Source: Cenarchaeum sp. (GTDB lineage Archaea > Thermoproteota > Nitrososphaeria > Nitrososphaerales > Nitrosopumilaceae). Taken from it: a stretch of DNA of 64,000 nt. A program made the position numbers and the translations under genes. The stretch is from the NCBI GenBank assembly GCA_965212015.1, contig OZ243037.1:896001-960000 (forward strand), written 5' to 3'. Positions 20,329 to 30,974 of the stretch are shown here, piece by piece (the stretch's first letter is position 1; each line of letters opens with the position of its first letter). Under the pieces are notes generated by a model. The model was not told the DNA's origin. It saw only the letters and a program-made list of their open reading frames with translations, and did not search any database.

Positions 20329-21294
20329 CTAGAGCGAATCTACCATCAGCGCTATGAACAGCACCGCAAGGTACGGGCTTGAAAACTTGAAGAGCGTCCA
20401 TGACGCCCTCTCTGTCGGCCTTGCCACAACCCATGCGGACAGTGCTATCATTAATCCGCCGGATGCCACGGCAGTCCACATGTACACCGGACCCACCGCG
20501 TCGAGGGGAATCATGCCGGCAATAATCCCGGTGCGGTCATCATAAACCGGCGTCTCTATTGCCAAAAATATCGGCGCCATGCTGAACAGAAACATTACCA
20601 CGGTAGATGCGGCAATTATCCGCGCAGAGGTCTTTTCGGACTGAACCGCGGTGAGCATCGGCACGTTCACCTTGTTGTAATCGTCCTTAAAGTGGAGCGT
20701 CAGCGCCCAGATGTGCATCGGAATCCAGATAAATACAAGCCCGGCCATTACCAGACCCATGGTCCACAGCTCAGTCACGGTGACTGCAACCCAGCCTATC
20801 AGTGGCGGCATGCCGCCGCACAGCCCGCCAAGTATTATGTTCAGGCGGCTGCGCCTCTTTAGCAGGTATGAATAGATCAAGACATTGTTAAAAAGTCCGA
20901 ACGCAATGAACGCACCTGCCAGCATTCCCTGTATAGGGCTCGTCGTAAAAGACATTCCAAACGCCATTGCAAGTGAGATTCCCGCAAGCACAAACCCAAA
21001 GTTGCGCGCATTTACAGCAGTAATCCTGCCGGAGGGAATCGGGCGCTTTTTTGTGCGCTCCATTATCCCGTCAATGTCCCTGTCGTGATAGTTGGTCAGC
21101 ACGTTTGCAGCAGCCGATCCGGCTGCCACCGATCCCAGCATCAGCGCCCACGTGGCACCGGAGATTGGAATGTCATAAATGTTGGAGGCCGTGACGGCGG
21201 CTCCGATCGCAGTAAACACCAGCAAGTACCATATCTTTGGCTTGCTTAGCTCGTAATATACGGCTGCCCTTGATTGCGTCTTTTGTTTCTGCAC
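20329..21294 (-). CDS. ctaB: Protoheme IX farnesyltransferase (heme o synthase)
   Basis: DRDIDGIMERTKKRPIPSGRI, UbiA-family multi-TM. Confidence 0.93.
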   Translation of the reverse strand: MQKQKTQSRAAVYYELSKPKIWYLLVFTAIGAAVTASNIYDIPISGATWALMLGSVAAGSAAANVLTNYHDRDIDGIMERTKKRPIPSGRITAVNARNFGFVLAGISLAMAFGMSFTTSPIQGMLAGAFIAFGLFNNVLIYSYLLKRRSRLNIILGGLCGGMPPLIGWVAVTVTELWTMGLVMAGLVFIWIPMHIWALTLHFKDDYNKVNVPMLTAVQSEKTSARIIAASTVVMFLFSMAPIFLAIETPVYDDRTGIIAGMIPLDAVGPVYMWTAVASGGLMIALSAWVVARPTERASWTLFKFSSPYLAVLFIALMVDSL

Positions 21295-21304
21295 CCATCT
21301 CCAC

Positions 21305-21763
21305 CTATTTTGTTGGCATATATGGCATTGCTTTTTCCCTGCTCTTCATCTCGATAAAGCTCTCGGAGGATATTATGCCGTCTATCTTTCCAATCTCGTC
21401 GGAGACTATCCCGTGCATCTCGTCGAGTGCGCGGGCGTATATCGTAACTAGCACGTCGAACCTGCCGGTCACCTCTGCAATCTTGCGCACGCCGCCTATC
21501 CCAAATAGCGCGTCAATCACGCTGTCCCTCTTTTTGGAGTCCATGTTCAGCCCGATCAGCGCCTTGACCTGGTATCCGAGCTCGTGGTCGTTTACCACTA
21601 TGGTGAACCGCTCGATGAGCCTTCGCTTTACCAGCCGCTTTATCCGGGAGTATACCACACTAGAGTTTATGTTGATCTTTTCGGAGAGCTTTGGCACAGA
21701 GATTGACGCATCCTCGGAGAGCTCTGAGAGTATCATCAGGTCCAGCTTGTCCACCTTTATCAT
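21305..21763 (-). CDS. Lrp/AsnC family regulator
   Basis: VDKLDLMILSEL...RIKRL; EVTGRFD RAM domain. Confidence 0.9.
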   Translation of the reverse strand: MIKVDKLDLMILSELSEDASISVPKLSEKININSSVVYSRIKRLVKRRLIERFTIVVNDHELGYQVKALIGLNMDSKKRDSVIDALFGIGGVRKIAEVTGRFDVLVTIYARALDEMHGIVSDEIGKIDGIISSESFIEMKSREKAMPYMPTK

Positions 21764-21829
21764 ATAATCACGCCCGATTCAAAACCACGTATGGAATTTA
21801 TAAATCTTAAACGGTTTTTGTGAAAAAAA

Positions 21830-22908
21830 TTAGATTTTTTCCCTCTTGAGGAGCATTTCTGCCAGCAATACTGCGCCCTTGCCGGATCCCATCTTTTTGT
21901 TGTGCGAGAACAGCATGTACTTTAGGCCGTTATCAAAGAGATCCTCCCTTTCGACTCGGCCTATGGTGGTAGTCATTCCGCCGCCCACGTCGATCTCCAG
22001 CCGGGGCTGCGGCCTGGTCGGATCCTCGTGGAACGCGTAATAGTACTCCGGCGCCGACGGCAGGCCCGATACTGTCGTCTTTTTGTTGTACTCGTCGAAC
22101 AGCTCCTTTGCCTGCTCCGGGGTTATCGGCTTTTCTGTCTCTACTAGGACCGATTCTGTGTGGCCGTCTACTACGGGCACCCTGGTGCAAGTCGCACTCA
22201 CCTTTATGTCGGCATCATCTATTTTGCCCTCACCTAGCCTGCCGAGTATCTTTCGGGTCTCAATTCTCACCTTTTTCTCCTCGTTTGGAATGTACGGAAT
22301 AATGTTTCCCATAATGTTCATCGCAGACACGCCCGGGGATCTGCCTCCGCCGGAGATTGCCTGCATGGAGGTCATCATTACCCTTTTTACGCCGTACTTT
22401 TCGTGCAGCGGCTTTAGCGTTATTGCCAGGCCCGTCGTGGTGCAGTTTGGCAGCGGCGCCACCCATCCCTTCCAGTTCCTGTTTTTTTCTGGGCCTCTAG
22501 CAGATCAGTCTGATCGTCGTTGATTCCCGGAATAAGTATCGGGACGTCCCGCTCGTACCTGTAGGCGGAGCTAGTAGATATCACCGGAACGTCGGCTGCA
22601 AACCGGGTCTCAATGTCCCTTGCCGCCCCGGACTCTATTGCAGAGAATACCAGGTCCAGCTGCGTTGCGTCTATCTCCTCTATCGTCCTTACGGTCATTG
22701 ACTTTATGTACTCTGGAATCTCGCCGCCTATCTCCCAGTTTATGATGCCGCCGTCGTCCCGGATGGCATCCAGATAGTTCTTTCCGGCAGAGCGCTCAGA
22801 GGCGGCAATCTGCGTCACCTCAAACCACGGGTGTCCGTCGAGGGACTGGACGAACTCTTGGCCCACAGAGCCCGTGACTCCCAGAATTGCCACCCTTTTT
22901 TTGTCCAT
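21830..22908 (-). CDS. asd: Aspartate-semialdehyde dehydrogenase, frameshifted in an A7 run (~22482-22488)
   Basis: ILGVTGSVGQ N-half and PNCTT/QAISGGG/RVPVVDGH C-half lie in different frames; adding one A gives QKKNRNWKGWVAPLPNC. Confidence 0.9.
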
Positions 22909-23136
22909 GCGGGGTTTTGCCATACCGAACTAATATTTGTTCAGTCCTGTGCGCCTGCAGGAGGGCGGGCCCGTACAAGTTGCGCAGATGCAGGCATTGC
23001 TGCAAAATTTGACTTGAACTACAAATCTGGTCGTTCTGGCCCCGTCACATCGGGATCATTGGCACGTGTACTGATGAGAAGAAAGGCAGTGCCGGCAGAC
23101 TCTGTAGTTATTTACTGGTTTATATGCACGATTCCC

Positions 23137-23236
23137 CCATCATGCGCAGTTACCGTCCAGCAGGGAAATGGGGCGGCCAGAGGCGGCAACATCTGCGTAA
23201 ACGATGGTGACTGGAACTTTAAAACCGGTACCAGTC
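23137..23236 (-). ncRNA. Candidate structured RNA downstream of DUF3800-like gene
   Basis: Hairpin GACTGG/CCAGTC, then long stem CCATCGT..CGCA..GTTGCCG / CGGTAAC.TGCG..ATGATGG with G-U pairs on the minus strand. Confidence 0.45.
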
Positions 23237-23294
23237 CAGGTGGTTTGAAGATTCCAGACAGGGCATTTGGCCGTTTTCTCACCGTTTTTAGATG

Positions 23295-23995
23295 TCAGTG
23301 TGTTATGAAATTCCCATGACGACAATAGGCTATGTCCATCACGTGTTTTTTTAACGCACCGCACAAGATGTCCGTAGTTTGGACGGGTTTAGATTCGTGG
23401 GAATGTTTTATGACATGTAATGGCCCATATGCACCACAGTCAGCCAAAATTCTTACAAATTGCCGGACTATTTTATCTGACGTAAGCGGCTGAAAATCAG
23501 GATCACAGTGAATCGTGGTCTTGTTGACAAAATTAAAGAGTGTTTTTCGCAGCTGTATACGAATTCCACTCTTGTATTCATAATTTGTAAACCAGCCGCT
23601 GATTAATTTGATAAAGACGTTCAAAAGCCTCTCGTCAGGGGACTTGATGCATTGGTTTTGATCATCATGACACCGAAACAGGATATTTTTAATAATATTT
23701 CAAGATTTTCATCTATGAGTTTTCTATATTCGGGGTTGAGTTTATGCCATTTGAATTCAGGATCGGGCAATTCATTGGATTTGGGAATGTGGAGAATGTT
23801 ATCCAAAATGATAACCTGCCAAATAATTGTCAAATAATGCAATGCAGACATGTGTATGTTCATCATCACTGCTTGTATCGATTCCGACAGAAGGTGAATC
23901 CAGAATGGGGACAAGAAAAACACTGTTGTTTATTTCATATTGTTTGACTTTTCCGTCATTGCCGCTTTTCTCAATCCACCCATGTTTTTGGCGGC
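23295..23995 (-). pseudogene. Decayed DUF3800-like gene
   Basis: Fragments in several frames: degenerate DESG-like start, PEFKWHKL, IHCD, SHESKPVQTTDILCGA. Confidence 0.55.
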
Positions 23996-24505
23996 ATAAT
24001 TAGCTTTTAGCCATGCGTTTAAAATTGGGCGAAAGTCCTGCAAATAACCTGTTCATTTGTGTTTTTGATCCAAACTTAGGGCAGGATCGTATCAGGTCAT
24101 ATTTCCGCAGGACTGTCGGCTCTAGCGTGTGCTGTCTGCCACAAATTATCTGCTTGCCTCCCAAAAAAGAACATCGTACCAGTTCGACAAAAAGATCATG
24201 GGATTCTGCCAATCATGATTTTTGCTTGATCACACACATTTGATGTTACCATGTAGGCCGTCGCGTAATCTCAAACCGCAAATCCGGCCTTTTTTGCACC
24301 GTCGCATTCGGATCAAGCTCCGCCCCAATTACCGATCAGAGGCACGGTGCCCCAATTGTGCGGCTTGCAATTAATGAGACGATCCGAGGCAGGGCCGCAT
24401 ATTCTACGCTTGTCCCACATTGCAGACCCGCAGGATCATCCCCGAGATTGCCGATACGCCGTGTTACCAAAACACACTAAATTACCCCCCGAGTAACACC
24501 ACCGT

Positions 24506-25568
24506 ATGAAGCTTGCAGGCGCGATTGCATCGCACAGGCCCGTGCCCCACGGGGGGCCGTTCTCAGTCAGGAGGCCGGATGCGGCAATACTGGACTTTAG
24601 CTCAAGTGTCTCGCCTGCCGGCGCGCCGCCGCTGGTAAAAAAATACCTGAGACGGCAGCTCGACGTGATCGACGTGTATCCCGACCCGGATTCTGTCAGC
24701 CTCAAAAAGAGCCTCAGCTGGTACACCGGCCTTGGCAGCTCGCAGATAACGGCAGGCAACGGCGCAACTGAGATAATCTACAACTTTGGGCGCGCGTTTC
24801 TCTCAAAAAACACGCGTGTCCTGATTGCCGTCCCCGCCTTTGGCGAGTACGAGGCCGCCGCAAGGCTGCAGGGCAGCAGGATCTCCTTTTTCAAAACGAT
24901 GAATATTGGTGATGATATCGCAGAGTTTTCAAGGCGCATCCCGAAAAACGGATGCGTCTTTGTGTGCAATCCAAACAACCCCACCGGCGCGCTGGTCTCA
25001 AAAAACGACATGTCATATATGATAGAGTCTGCCAGGAAAAAATCCGCACTTGCGTTTGTTGACGAGTGCTTTATAGAGCTGGTGCCGGATGCAGACGAGT
25101 CAGTGGCCGGACTGGTAAAAAGATACGACAATCTCTTGGTGCTGCGCTCGCTTACAAAGTCCTTCGGGCTGGCAGGCGCCCGCATAGGGTACGCGCTGGG
25201 ATCAAGGGGCATAATCGGCACGCTGGAGAGGATAAAGATTCCCTGGAACGTCTCGGGGCTCGCCCAAAAGGCGGCAGGCGCCGCAATATGCCACTCGTTT
25301 CACCTCAAAAAGGCAAAAAGAATAATCAAAAAAGAGTCGCAGTTTCTAAGAAAAGAGATATCCGGAATTGACCCTCGATGGCGCGGCCAACTTTATCCTG
25401 GTGAGGACCAGGCTAAAGCCGGGCACCGTAAAAAGCAGGCTGCTAAGGCGCGGCATACTGGTGCGCGACTGTAGCTCCTTTAGGGGGCTTGCGGGAAACC
25501 ACATACGAATCGCAGTGAGGACCAGGCAGGAGAACAGGAGGCTCATCAGGGCCATGAAAAAGATATGA
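24506..25568 (+). CDS. cobD: Threonine-phosphate decarboxylase (PLP aminotransferase I/II), frameshift near 25370
   Basis: HGG start, GNGATE, CNPNNPTG, VDECF, RSLTKSFGLAGARIGY; C-terminal ANFILV...LVRDCSSF...IRIAVR is in another frame. Confidence 0.85.
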
Positions 25569-26395
25569 AGTCCCTGATGGTACAGGGGACGTCCTCAGGT
25601 GCGGGCAAGTCCATACTGGTGACGGCGCTGTGCAGGATATTCTCAGACTGCGGGCTCTCAGTTGCGCCATTCAAGTCGCAAAACATGTCGAGGCTCTCGT
25701 ACAGCTGGGACGGCCTTGAGATCTCGCGCGCGCAGGCAGTGCAGGCGCTCGCGGCAAGGACGGATATCACCCCGGACATCAATCCAATACTGCTAAAGCC
25801 GGAGGGGGACAATTACAGCGCCGTATACCTGAACGGAAGATACCGCAGCAGGATGAACGCAAAAGAGTACTATGCCGGATTTGCAACCGGTACGGGAATC
25901 AGGGCGGCGCTAAGATCGCTAAGGAGGCTGCAAAAAGGCCACGACATTGTGGTAATCGAGGGCGCCGGATCGCCTGCCGAGATAAACATGCAAAAGTTCG
26001 ACATTGCAAACATGGCAATAGCGCAGGAGGCCCGGTCCCCCGTGGTGCTAGTGACAGACATTGAGCGCGGCGGCTCCTTTGCAAGCCTGGCAGGAACGCT
26101 CCTGCTGCTAAGCAAGAGGCACCAGAGACTAGTCAGGGGGTTTGTCTTTAACAAGTTTCGCGGCGACGCAGAGATACTCGAGCCCGGACTGGCAAAGATC
26201 AGGCGCATTACCGGCAAAAAGACATTCGGGGTCATACCCAAAGTCGACGTGGGAATCCCTTCTGAGGACTCGCTTGACGGCAAAGGCGGCCGCTTTGTGT
26301 GGAATGCGCGCAAGCTGGACTCTGAGATTGACAAGATAAGCGGGATTGTAAAAAAAAGCCTGGACATGGGCGCACTGGAGGAGATTATCCGGTGA
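25565..26395 (+). CDS. cobQ: Cobyric acid synthase (short form)
   Basis: QGTSSGAGKS, PFKSQNMS, EGAGSPAEIN, NKFRGD. Confidence 0.92.
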   Translation: MKSLMVQGTSSGAGKSILVTALCRIFSDCGLSVAPFKSQNMSRLSYSWDGLEISRAQAVQALAARTDITPDINPILLKPEGDNYSAVYLNGRYRSRMNAKEYYAGFATGTGIRAALRSLRRLQKGHDIVVIEGAGSPAEINMQKFDIANMAIAQEARSPVVLVTDIERGGSFASLAGTLLLLSKRHQRLVRGFVFNKFRGDAEILEPGLAKIRRITGKKTFGVIPKVDVGIPSEDSLDGKGGRFVWNARKLDSEIDKISGIVKKSLDMGALEEIIR

Positions 26396-27357
26396 TGGAG
26401 GTGCTGCTGGTACTCGCACTCGCACTCGCACTAGATCTTGCCGCAGGCGATCCCAGAAACAGGTTCCATCCGACTGCGTGGATTGGAAGGCTGATTGGAG
26501 TAATGGTGCCGCGCTGCAAGACCGGCTCGCCGTACTCCGAGCGGGCCCTCGGCGTTGTTCTGGTCTGTGTGGTGACGGGAATAGTAATGTCGGTCCTGGT
26601 TGCGATAAATGCGGGGGCCGGCCTTGTCACGGGGTATGTCGGCGCCATAATATCGGTGGCCATGGGAGTGGTCCTGCTAAAGTGCACGATTGCAATGCGC
26701 GGCATGGAGGAGCACGCCAAGGCAGTGCTGAAATGCCTCGAGGCAGGCGACATTGAATCCGCACGGGGGCGCCTGGCCGGAATAGTAAAGCGCGACACTG
26801 AAAATCTTGACGAGCAGCACGTGCTGTCAGGGGTGCTTGAGAGCATATCGGAAAATACCGTCGACGGGGTCACAGGGCCGCTGTTTTATTTCGGGTTTTT
26901 CGGAATCTTTGGCGCGTTTGCCTACCGTACCATAAGCACGTTTGATTCCATGATAGGATACCGCACAGAAATGTTCGGCAGTATCGGGTGGTTTGCCGCA
27001 AACTGCGACAAGATCCTCAGCTATGCGCCCGCCCGGCTGACTGCGCTTGCCATGATCCTCGGCGCACTAGTGCTCCGGACCAACTGGAGGGACTCGTACA
27101 GAATAGTACTGCGCGACGGATCAAAGCCGGACAGCCCCAACTCTGGATACCCCATAGCGGCACTCGCCGGCGCACTTGATGCCACGCTTGAAAAGCAGGA
27201 CTGCTACAAAATAGGCAGCGGCGGCGCCGTTTTGCGCGCCTCGCACGTCAGGCAGTCAATCCGGCTGATGAAGACGGCATCCATACTGTTCTGCGGAATG
27301 GTGACGGTGCCGGCAGCGGCCGTACTGTACGGCCTGGGATGGTGGCTGCATGCTTGA
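26392..27357 (+). CDS. cbiB: Adenosylcobinamide-phosphate synthase
   Basis: GDP..HP, ESISENTVDG, DSMIGY, PARL, SPNSGYP. Confidence 0.92.
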   Translation: MMEVLLVLALALALDLAAGDPRNRFHPTAWIGRLIGVMVPRCKTGSPYSERALGVVLVCVVTGIVMSVLVAINAGAGLVTGYVGAIISVAMGVVLLKCTIAMRGMEEHAKAVLKCLEAGDIESARGRLAGIVKRDTENLDEQHVLSGVLESISENTVDGVTGPLFYFGFFGIFGAFAYRTISTFDSMIGYRTEMFGSIGWFAANCDKILSYAPARLTALAMILGALVLRTNWRDSYRIVLRDGSKPDSPNSGYPIAALAGALDATLEKQDCYKIGSGGAVLRASHVRQSIRLMKTASILFCGMVTVPAAAVLYGLGWWLHA

Positions 27358-28078
27358 GGGAATCAGATCCGTGCTGTCGTTTCTGAGCGTTATTCCGTCC
27401 GGTAATGGGGACATTCGGACCGTATCAAAAAACATGCATCTTTTTCCGGTGGCCGGGGTGGTAATAGGCCTGGTTGCCGGCGCCGCAGGCTTTGGGCTCT
27501 CTGAAGCCGGGGTGGATCCGCTAATAGTGGGCCTGCTGGTGGCAGCGGCAATCGCCGTAATTACCGGCATGCACCACACCGACGGCCTTGCCGACTGGGC
27601 CGACGGCCTCATGGCCGGCGGCTCTAGGGAGAAAAAGCTAGCCGCAATGAAGGATGTTGCCACGGGATCTGCAGGCGTTGCCGCAATAATCATATATTAT
27701 ACGGGAATGACAGTCGCACTCTCGCAGACTGCAGGAGTCGAGCTGCTCACCGTCATAATACTGGCCGAGGTTGCAGCAAAGTTTTCAATGGTGCTGATGG
27801 CAGGCGCCGGCAGATCGGCTACCTGCGGCTCGGGCTCGCACTTTGTGAACTCGATGAGGGACAGAAAAAAGCTCGCACTTGCGTTTATGGTGACTCTGGG
27901 CATCTTTGTAATCGCAGGAGCAGGCACCCTGCTTGTCATGCTTGCAGTAGGAATCATGGTGCCGCTGTTTCTTGCGGCGCTTGCATCCCGCAGCTTTGGC
28001 GGGGTAACAGGCGATGTGATGGGCGCTGCAAACGAGCTTGTGCGGCTCTGCTGTGTGGTGGTGTTTGTGTCGGTATGA
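27350..28078 (+). CDS. cobS: Cobalamin-5'-phosphate synthase
   Basis: GMHHTDGLADWADG, MKD, GGVTGDVMGA. Confidence 0.93.
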   Translation: MLEGIRSVLSFLSVIPSGNGDIRTVSKNMHLFPVAGVVIGLVAGAAGFGLSEAGVDPLIVGLLVAAAIAVITGMHHTDGLADWADGLMAGGSREKKLAAMKDVATGSAGVAAIIIYYTGMTVALSQTAGVELLTVIILAEVAAKFSMVLMAGAGRSATCGSGSHFVNSMRDRKKLALAFMVTLGIFVIAGAGTLLVMLAVGIMVPLFLAALASRSFGGVTGDVMGAANELVRLCCVVVFVSV

Positions 28079-28653
28079 TCGGAATCGTCATGGCCGGCGG
28101 CAGGGGCAGCAGGATGTGCATGGGAACAGAAAAGCTCCTGTTACGGTACGAAAAGCCGATCATACTCTGCGTGACAGACGCAATGAGGGACTCTGGATGC
28201 TTTGGGAGAATGATTGCGCTTACCAGCCCCAACGCGCCGGAAACAAAAAAACTTCTCTGCAGGAATTCAATAGAGGTAATGGACACGGCGGGGGACGGAT
28301 ATGCGGCGGATCTGGGATGCGCACTTGCCGGCCTGTCCGGCATGGTCCTGGTCGTCTCCGGCGACCTGCCGCTGCTTGACGCACATATCGTAAAAAGACT
28401 CGCAGCAGGCGCATCCGCTGTCTGGCGGAGCTATATAGTGACAAAAAAGTTTCTTGATTCTGCTGGACTGTCGCCTGCGCATAAGGTTACGCATAATGGT
28501 GCGCAGTGCTCGTATACCGGCGTGTCGCTAGTCAACGCAGACCGCATACGCTCGTGCGACACGATAGACGAGCGTCTCGAGATAGTCGACGACCTGAGGA
28601 TTGCGCTTAACGTGAATACGAAAAAAGACTATGACCTACTCTGTGCCGTCTAA
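28075..28653 (+). CDS. cobY: Adenosylcobinamide-phosphate guanylyltransferase
   Basis: MAGGRGSRM..EK, GDLPL, NVNT; lies in the cob operon. Confidence 0.85.
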   Translation: MIGIVMAGGRGSRMCMGTEKLLLRYEKPIILCVTDAMRDSGCFGRMIALTSPNAPETKKLLCRNSIEVMDTAGDGYAADLGCALAGLSGMVLVVSGDLPLLDAHIVKRLAAGASAVWRSYIVTKKFLDSAGLSPAHKVTHNGAQCSYTGVSLVNADRIRSCDTIDERLEIVDDLRIALNVNTKKDYDLLCAV

Positions 28654-28833
28654 GACCTTGCCGTTTAGCCTCGCCACAGAGCCAGTCGGGCTAGCAAGCT
28701 CGTTGCCGCAAGAGTTGCACGTGACGCTAGTCGATGAATGCGAATACACCACCTGTATCTCGCCGCACTCGCCGCACGCCACCCTCAAAAAGCTGCTAGT
28801 CGGCTCTGGAATCGACGTGTGGTTTCTCTTCAT
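28636..28833 (-). CDS. rps27e: 30S ribosomal protein S27e
   Basis: PEPTSSFLRVACGECGEIQVVYSH...CNSCG...PTG. Confidence 0.93.
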   Translation of the reverse strand: MKRNHTSIPEPTSSFLRVACGECGEIQVVYSHSSTSVTCNSCGNELASPTGSVARLNGKVLDGTE

Positions 28834-29111
28834 GCGGCCACCAGCTCGAACTTTTTCACCCTGATTCCGTACGTGTTGGACTTTTTCTTGCACTCAGGAC
28901 ATGCCAGTATGCGCGTGACCTTTTTGGTGACCTTTGCCGGCTTTGCAAGCTTTGGAAACTTTTGGCCGCCGTACCCCTTTTTGTCCTCGGCGTGGCGCCT
29001 CTCCCCGATGGCAGACGCCCTGCGCTTGCCGGCCTTGTAGATGGAGACCTTTTGCAGGGTGTGCTTTTTGCACTTTGCGCAGTACCGCTTTATCTGCTTG
29101 GGATAGTTCAT
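28830..29111 (-). CDS. rpl44e: 50S ribosomal protein L44e
   Basis: MNYPKQIKRYCAKCKKHT...KGYGGQKFP...AKVTKK. Confidence 0.95.
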   Translation of the reverse strand: MNYPKQIKRYCAKCKKHTLQKVSIYKAGKRRASAIGERRHAEDKKGYGGQKFPKLAKPAKVTKKVTRILACPECKKKSNTYGIRVKKFELVAA

Positions 29112-29178
29112 ATCAAAAAATGCCCGTCCACTGTAATTTAAGTTGAATCTATAATAGGCGGCGCTGCCAACCATTCCG

Positions 29179-30933
29179 GTGAATCCCCTTTCAGAGTCCG
29201 CCTCAGATCTCAACCGGACTGCCATGGGCGACAAAAAGGCCGACATGCTGCTTTGCAACTGCAGGCTGGTCTCTGTGTACACAAACGAGGTAATAGAGGG
29301 CACCGACATTGCCGTGTCAGGCGGAAGGATTGCGTACGTGGGCCCCGACGGCTCCCACACGGCAGGCGAAAAGACCAGGGTGGTGGATGCCGGCAAAAGG
29401 TACGTCACGCCGGGCTTTGCAGACCCGCACATACACGTGGATCAGTTCGTCACGCCGCACGAGCTTGCAAGGAGGCTGGTACTGTGCGGGACCACCTCGG
29501 TGTTCTCCGATCCAATCGACATCGTAGGCGTTACGGGGTACAGGGGATTTACAGAGTTTGTAAGGATGACACGGGACCTTCCGGTGAGGTTTTTTCACGT
29601 GGTTCCCGGCGGCGTTCCAGTCGACAGAAGGTTCGGCCACGGAAGGTCCATGACGCCCCGCGAGGAGGCATCGGCCGCAGGGCAGCCCGGCGTGGTGGGA
29701 CTCGGCGAGGTGTTCTCGTGGACAAAGGTAATCCTGCGCGATCCGGCCACTATGAAATCCATATCGTCAATGCTGGAGCGCGGCCTTGCAGTCAACGGGC
29801 ATACAGCCGGCATGTCCGGAAAAAAGCTCAACGCATATGTCGCATCCGGGATATCGTCGTGCCACGAGCCGGTCAGCTGGGAGCAGGTACTGGAGAGGCT
29901 CCGCCTTGGAATGTGGATAATGATGCGCGAGGGGACGGTGCGCCGGGATCTTGCGCACATAATACCGGGACTGCTAGGATGCGGGGCGCACATTGACAGG
30001 CTGATGTTCTGCTCAGACGGCGTGGATCCCGTGCACGTGCAGGAGCGCGGCCACATCGACCACTGCATAAGGGAGTCAGTCAGGCTGGGAATGGACACAA
30101 TTGACGCCATAGTGATTGCCACGCGGAACTGTTTTGACTATTACAACATGGACGAGCTGGGCGGGATTGCGCCGGGCAAGATTGCCGACATGCTGGTGCT
30201 CGACGACCTTGACGCAGCGAGGCCAAGGGACGTCTATGTAGGAGGCAAGCTTACCGTATCGGGCGGCAAGCTAGTAGGGGAGCCGCGCAAAAAAAGAATC
30301 CCCGCGTGGATGGGGGACACCATACTGCTGGACAAGTTTTCAAAAAAGGACTTTGCCGTAAAATCAAAATCCGCAGTGGCGTCGGCAAACACCATATCGA
30401 TGGTAACTGAGATAATCACGGAGCTCGGTTCGGCCGAGCTTGCAGTAAAAGACGGCAACGTAAAGGCCTCTTTGGACGGGGACGTCTGGAAGGTGGCCGC
30501 ATTTGAGAGGATATTTGGCACCAAAAAGCGCACAGTAGGGTTTTTGCAGAACTTTGGCGCAGACATTGGCGCCTTTGCGTCCACGTGGAGCTTTCATGAG
30601 AATGATCTCGTCGTGATAGGCTCAGACGAGTCGGACATGGCAGCGGCCGCCAACGCCCTGATCCGCGCGCACGGCGGCATGTCGCTGGTCAGGGACGGCA
30701 AGCTCAGGACCATGCCGATGCGGCTTGGCGGGATAATCTCCACTGAGCCCTTTGAGAGGGCATTGGCCGACTTTGAAGGCATTACCGGGGCCATTACCGA
30801 CGCCGGATGCAGGTTCAAGAGGCCCCACATGATACCGCTGTTTCTGCCGTTTCTAGCCCTGCCGGCTGTGCGCATAATGCACGGCGGAATAGTCGACGTC
30901 AAAAGGCGCTCCCTGATACCTGCCATAAACTAA
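29179..30933 (+). CDS. ade: Adenine deaminase
   Basis: PGFADPHIHVD, GLGEV, SCHE, REG, FCSDG, GGIAPGKIAD. Confidence 0.9.
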   Translation: MNPLSESASDLNRTAMGDKKADMLLCNCRLVSVYTNEVIEGTDIAVSGGRIAYVGPDGSHTAGEKTRVVDAGKRYVTPGFADPHIHVDQFVTPHELARRLVLCGTTSVFSDPIDIVGVTGYRGFTEFVRMTRDLPVRFFHVVPGGVPVDRRFGHGRSMTPREEASAAGQPGVVGLGEVFSWTKVILRDPATMKSISSMLERGLAVNGHTAGMSGKKLNAYVASGISSCHEPVSWEQVLERLRLGMWIMMREGTVRRDLAHIIPGLLGCGAHIDRLMFCSDGVDPVHVQERGHIDHCIRESVRLGMDTIDAIVIATRNCFDYYNMDELGGIAPGKIADMLVLDDLDAARPRDVYVGGKLTVSGGKLVGEPRKKRIPAWMGDTILLDKFSKKDFAVKSKSAVASANTISMVTEIITELGSAELAVKDGNVKASLDGDVWKVAAFERIFGTKKRTVGFLQNFGADIGAFASTWSFHENDLVVIGSDESDMAAAANALIRAHGGMSLVRDGKLRTMPMRLGGIISTEPFERALADFEGITGAITDAGCRFKRPHMIPLFLPFLALPAVRIMHGGIVDVKRRSLIPAIN

Positions 30934-30974
30934 ATCTTAAAAAGGGGCATTTTAGGCAGGTTTTTTGAAAACAC

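Noticed and set aside
25565-26395. cobQ as a truncated pseudogene
   Set aside because: Clean ORF with 4-nt overlaps on both sides and a CobQ-like C-terminal helix; more likely a natural short form.
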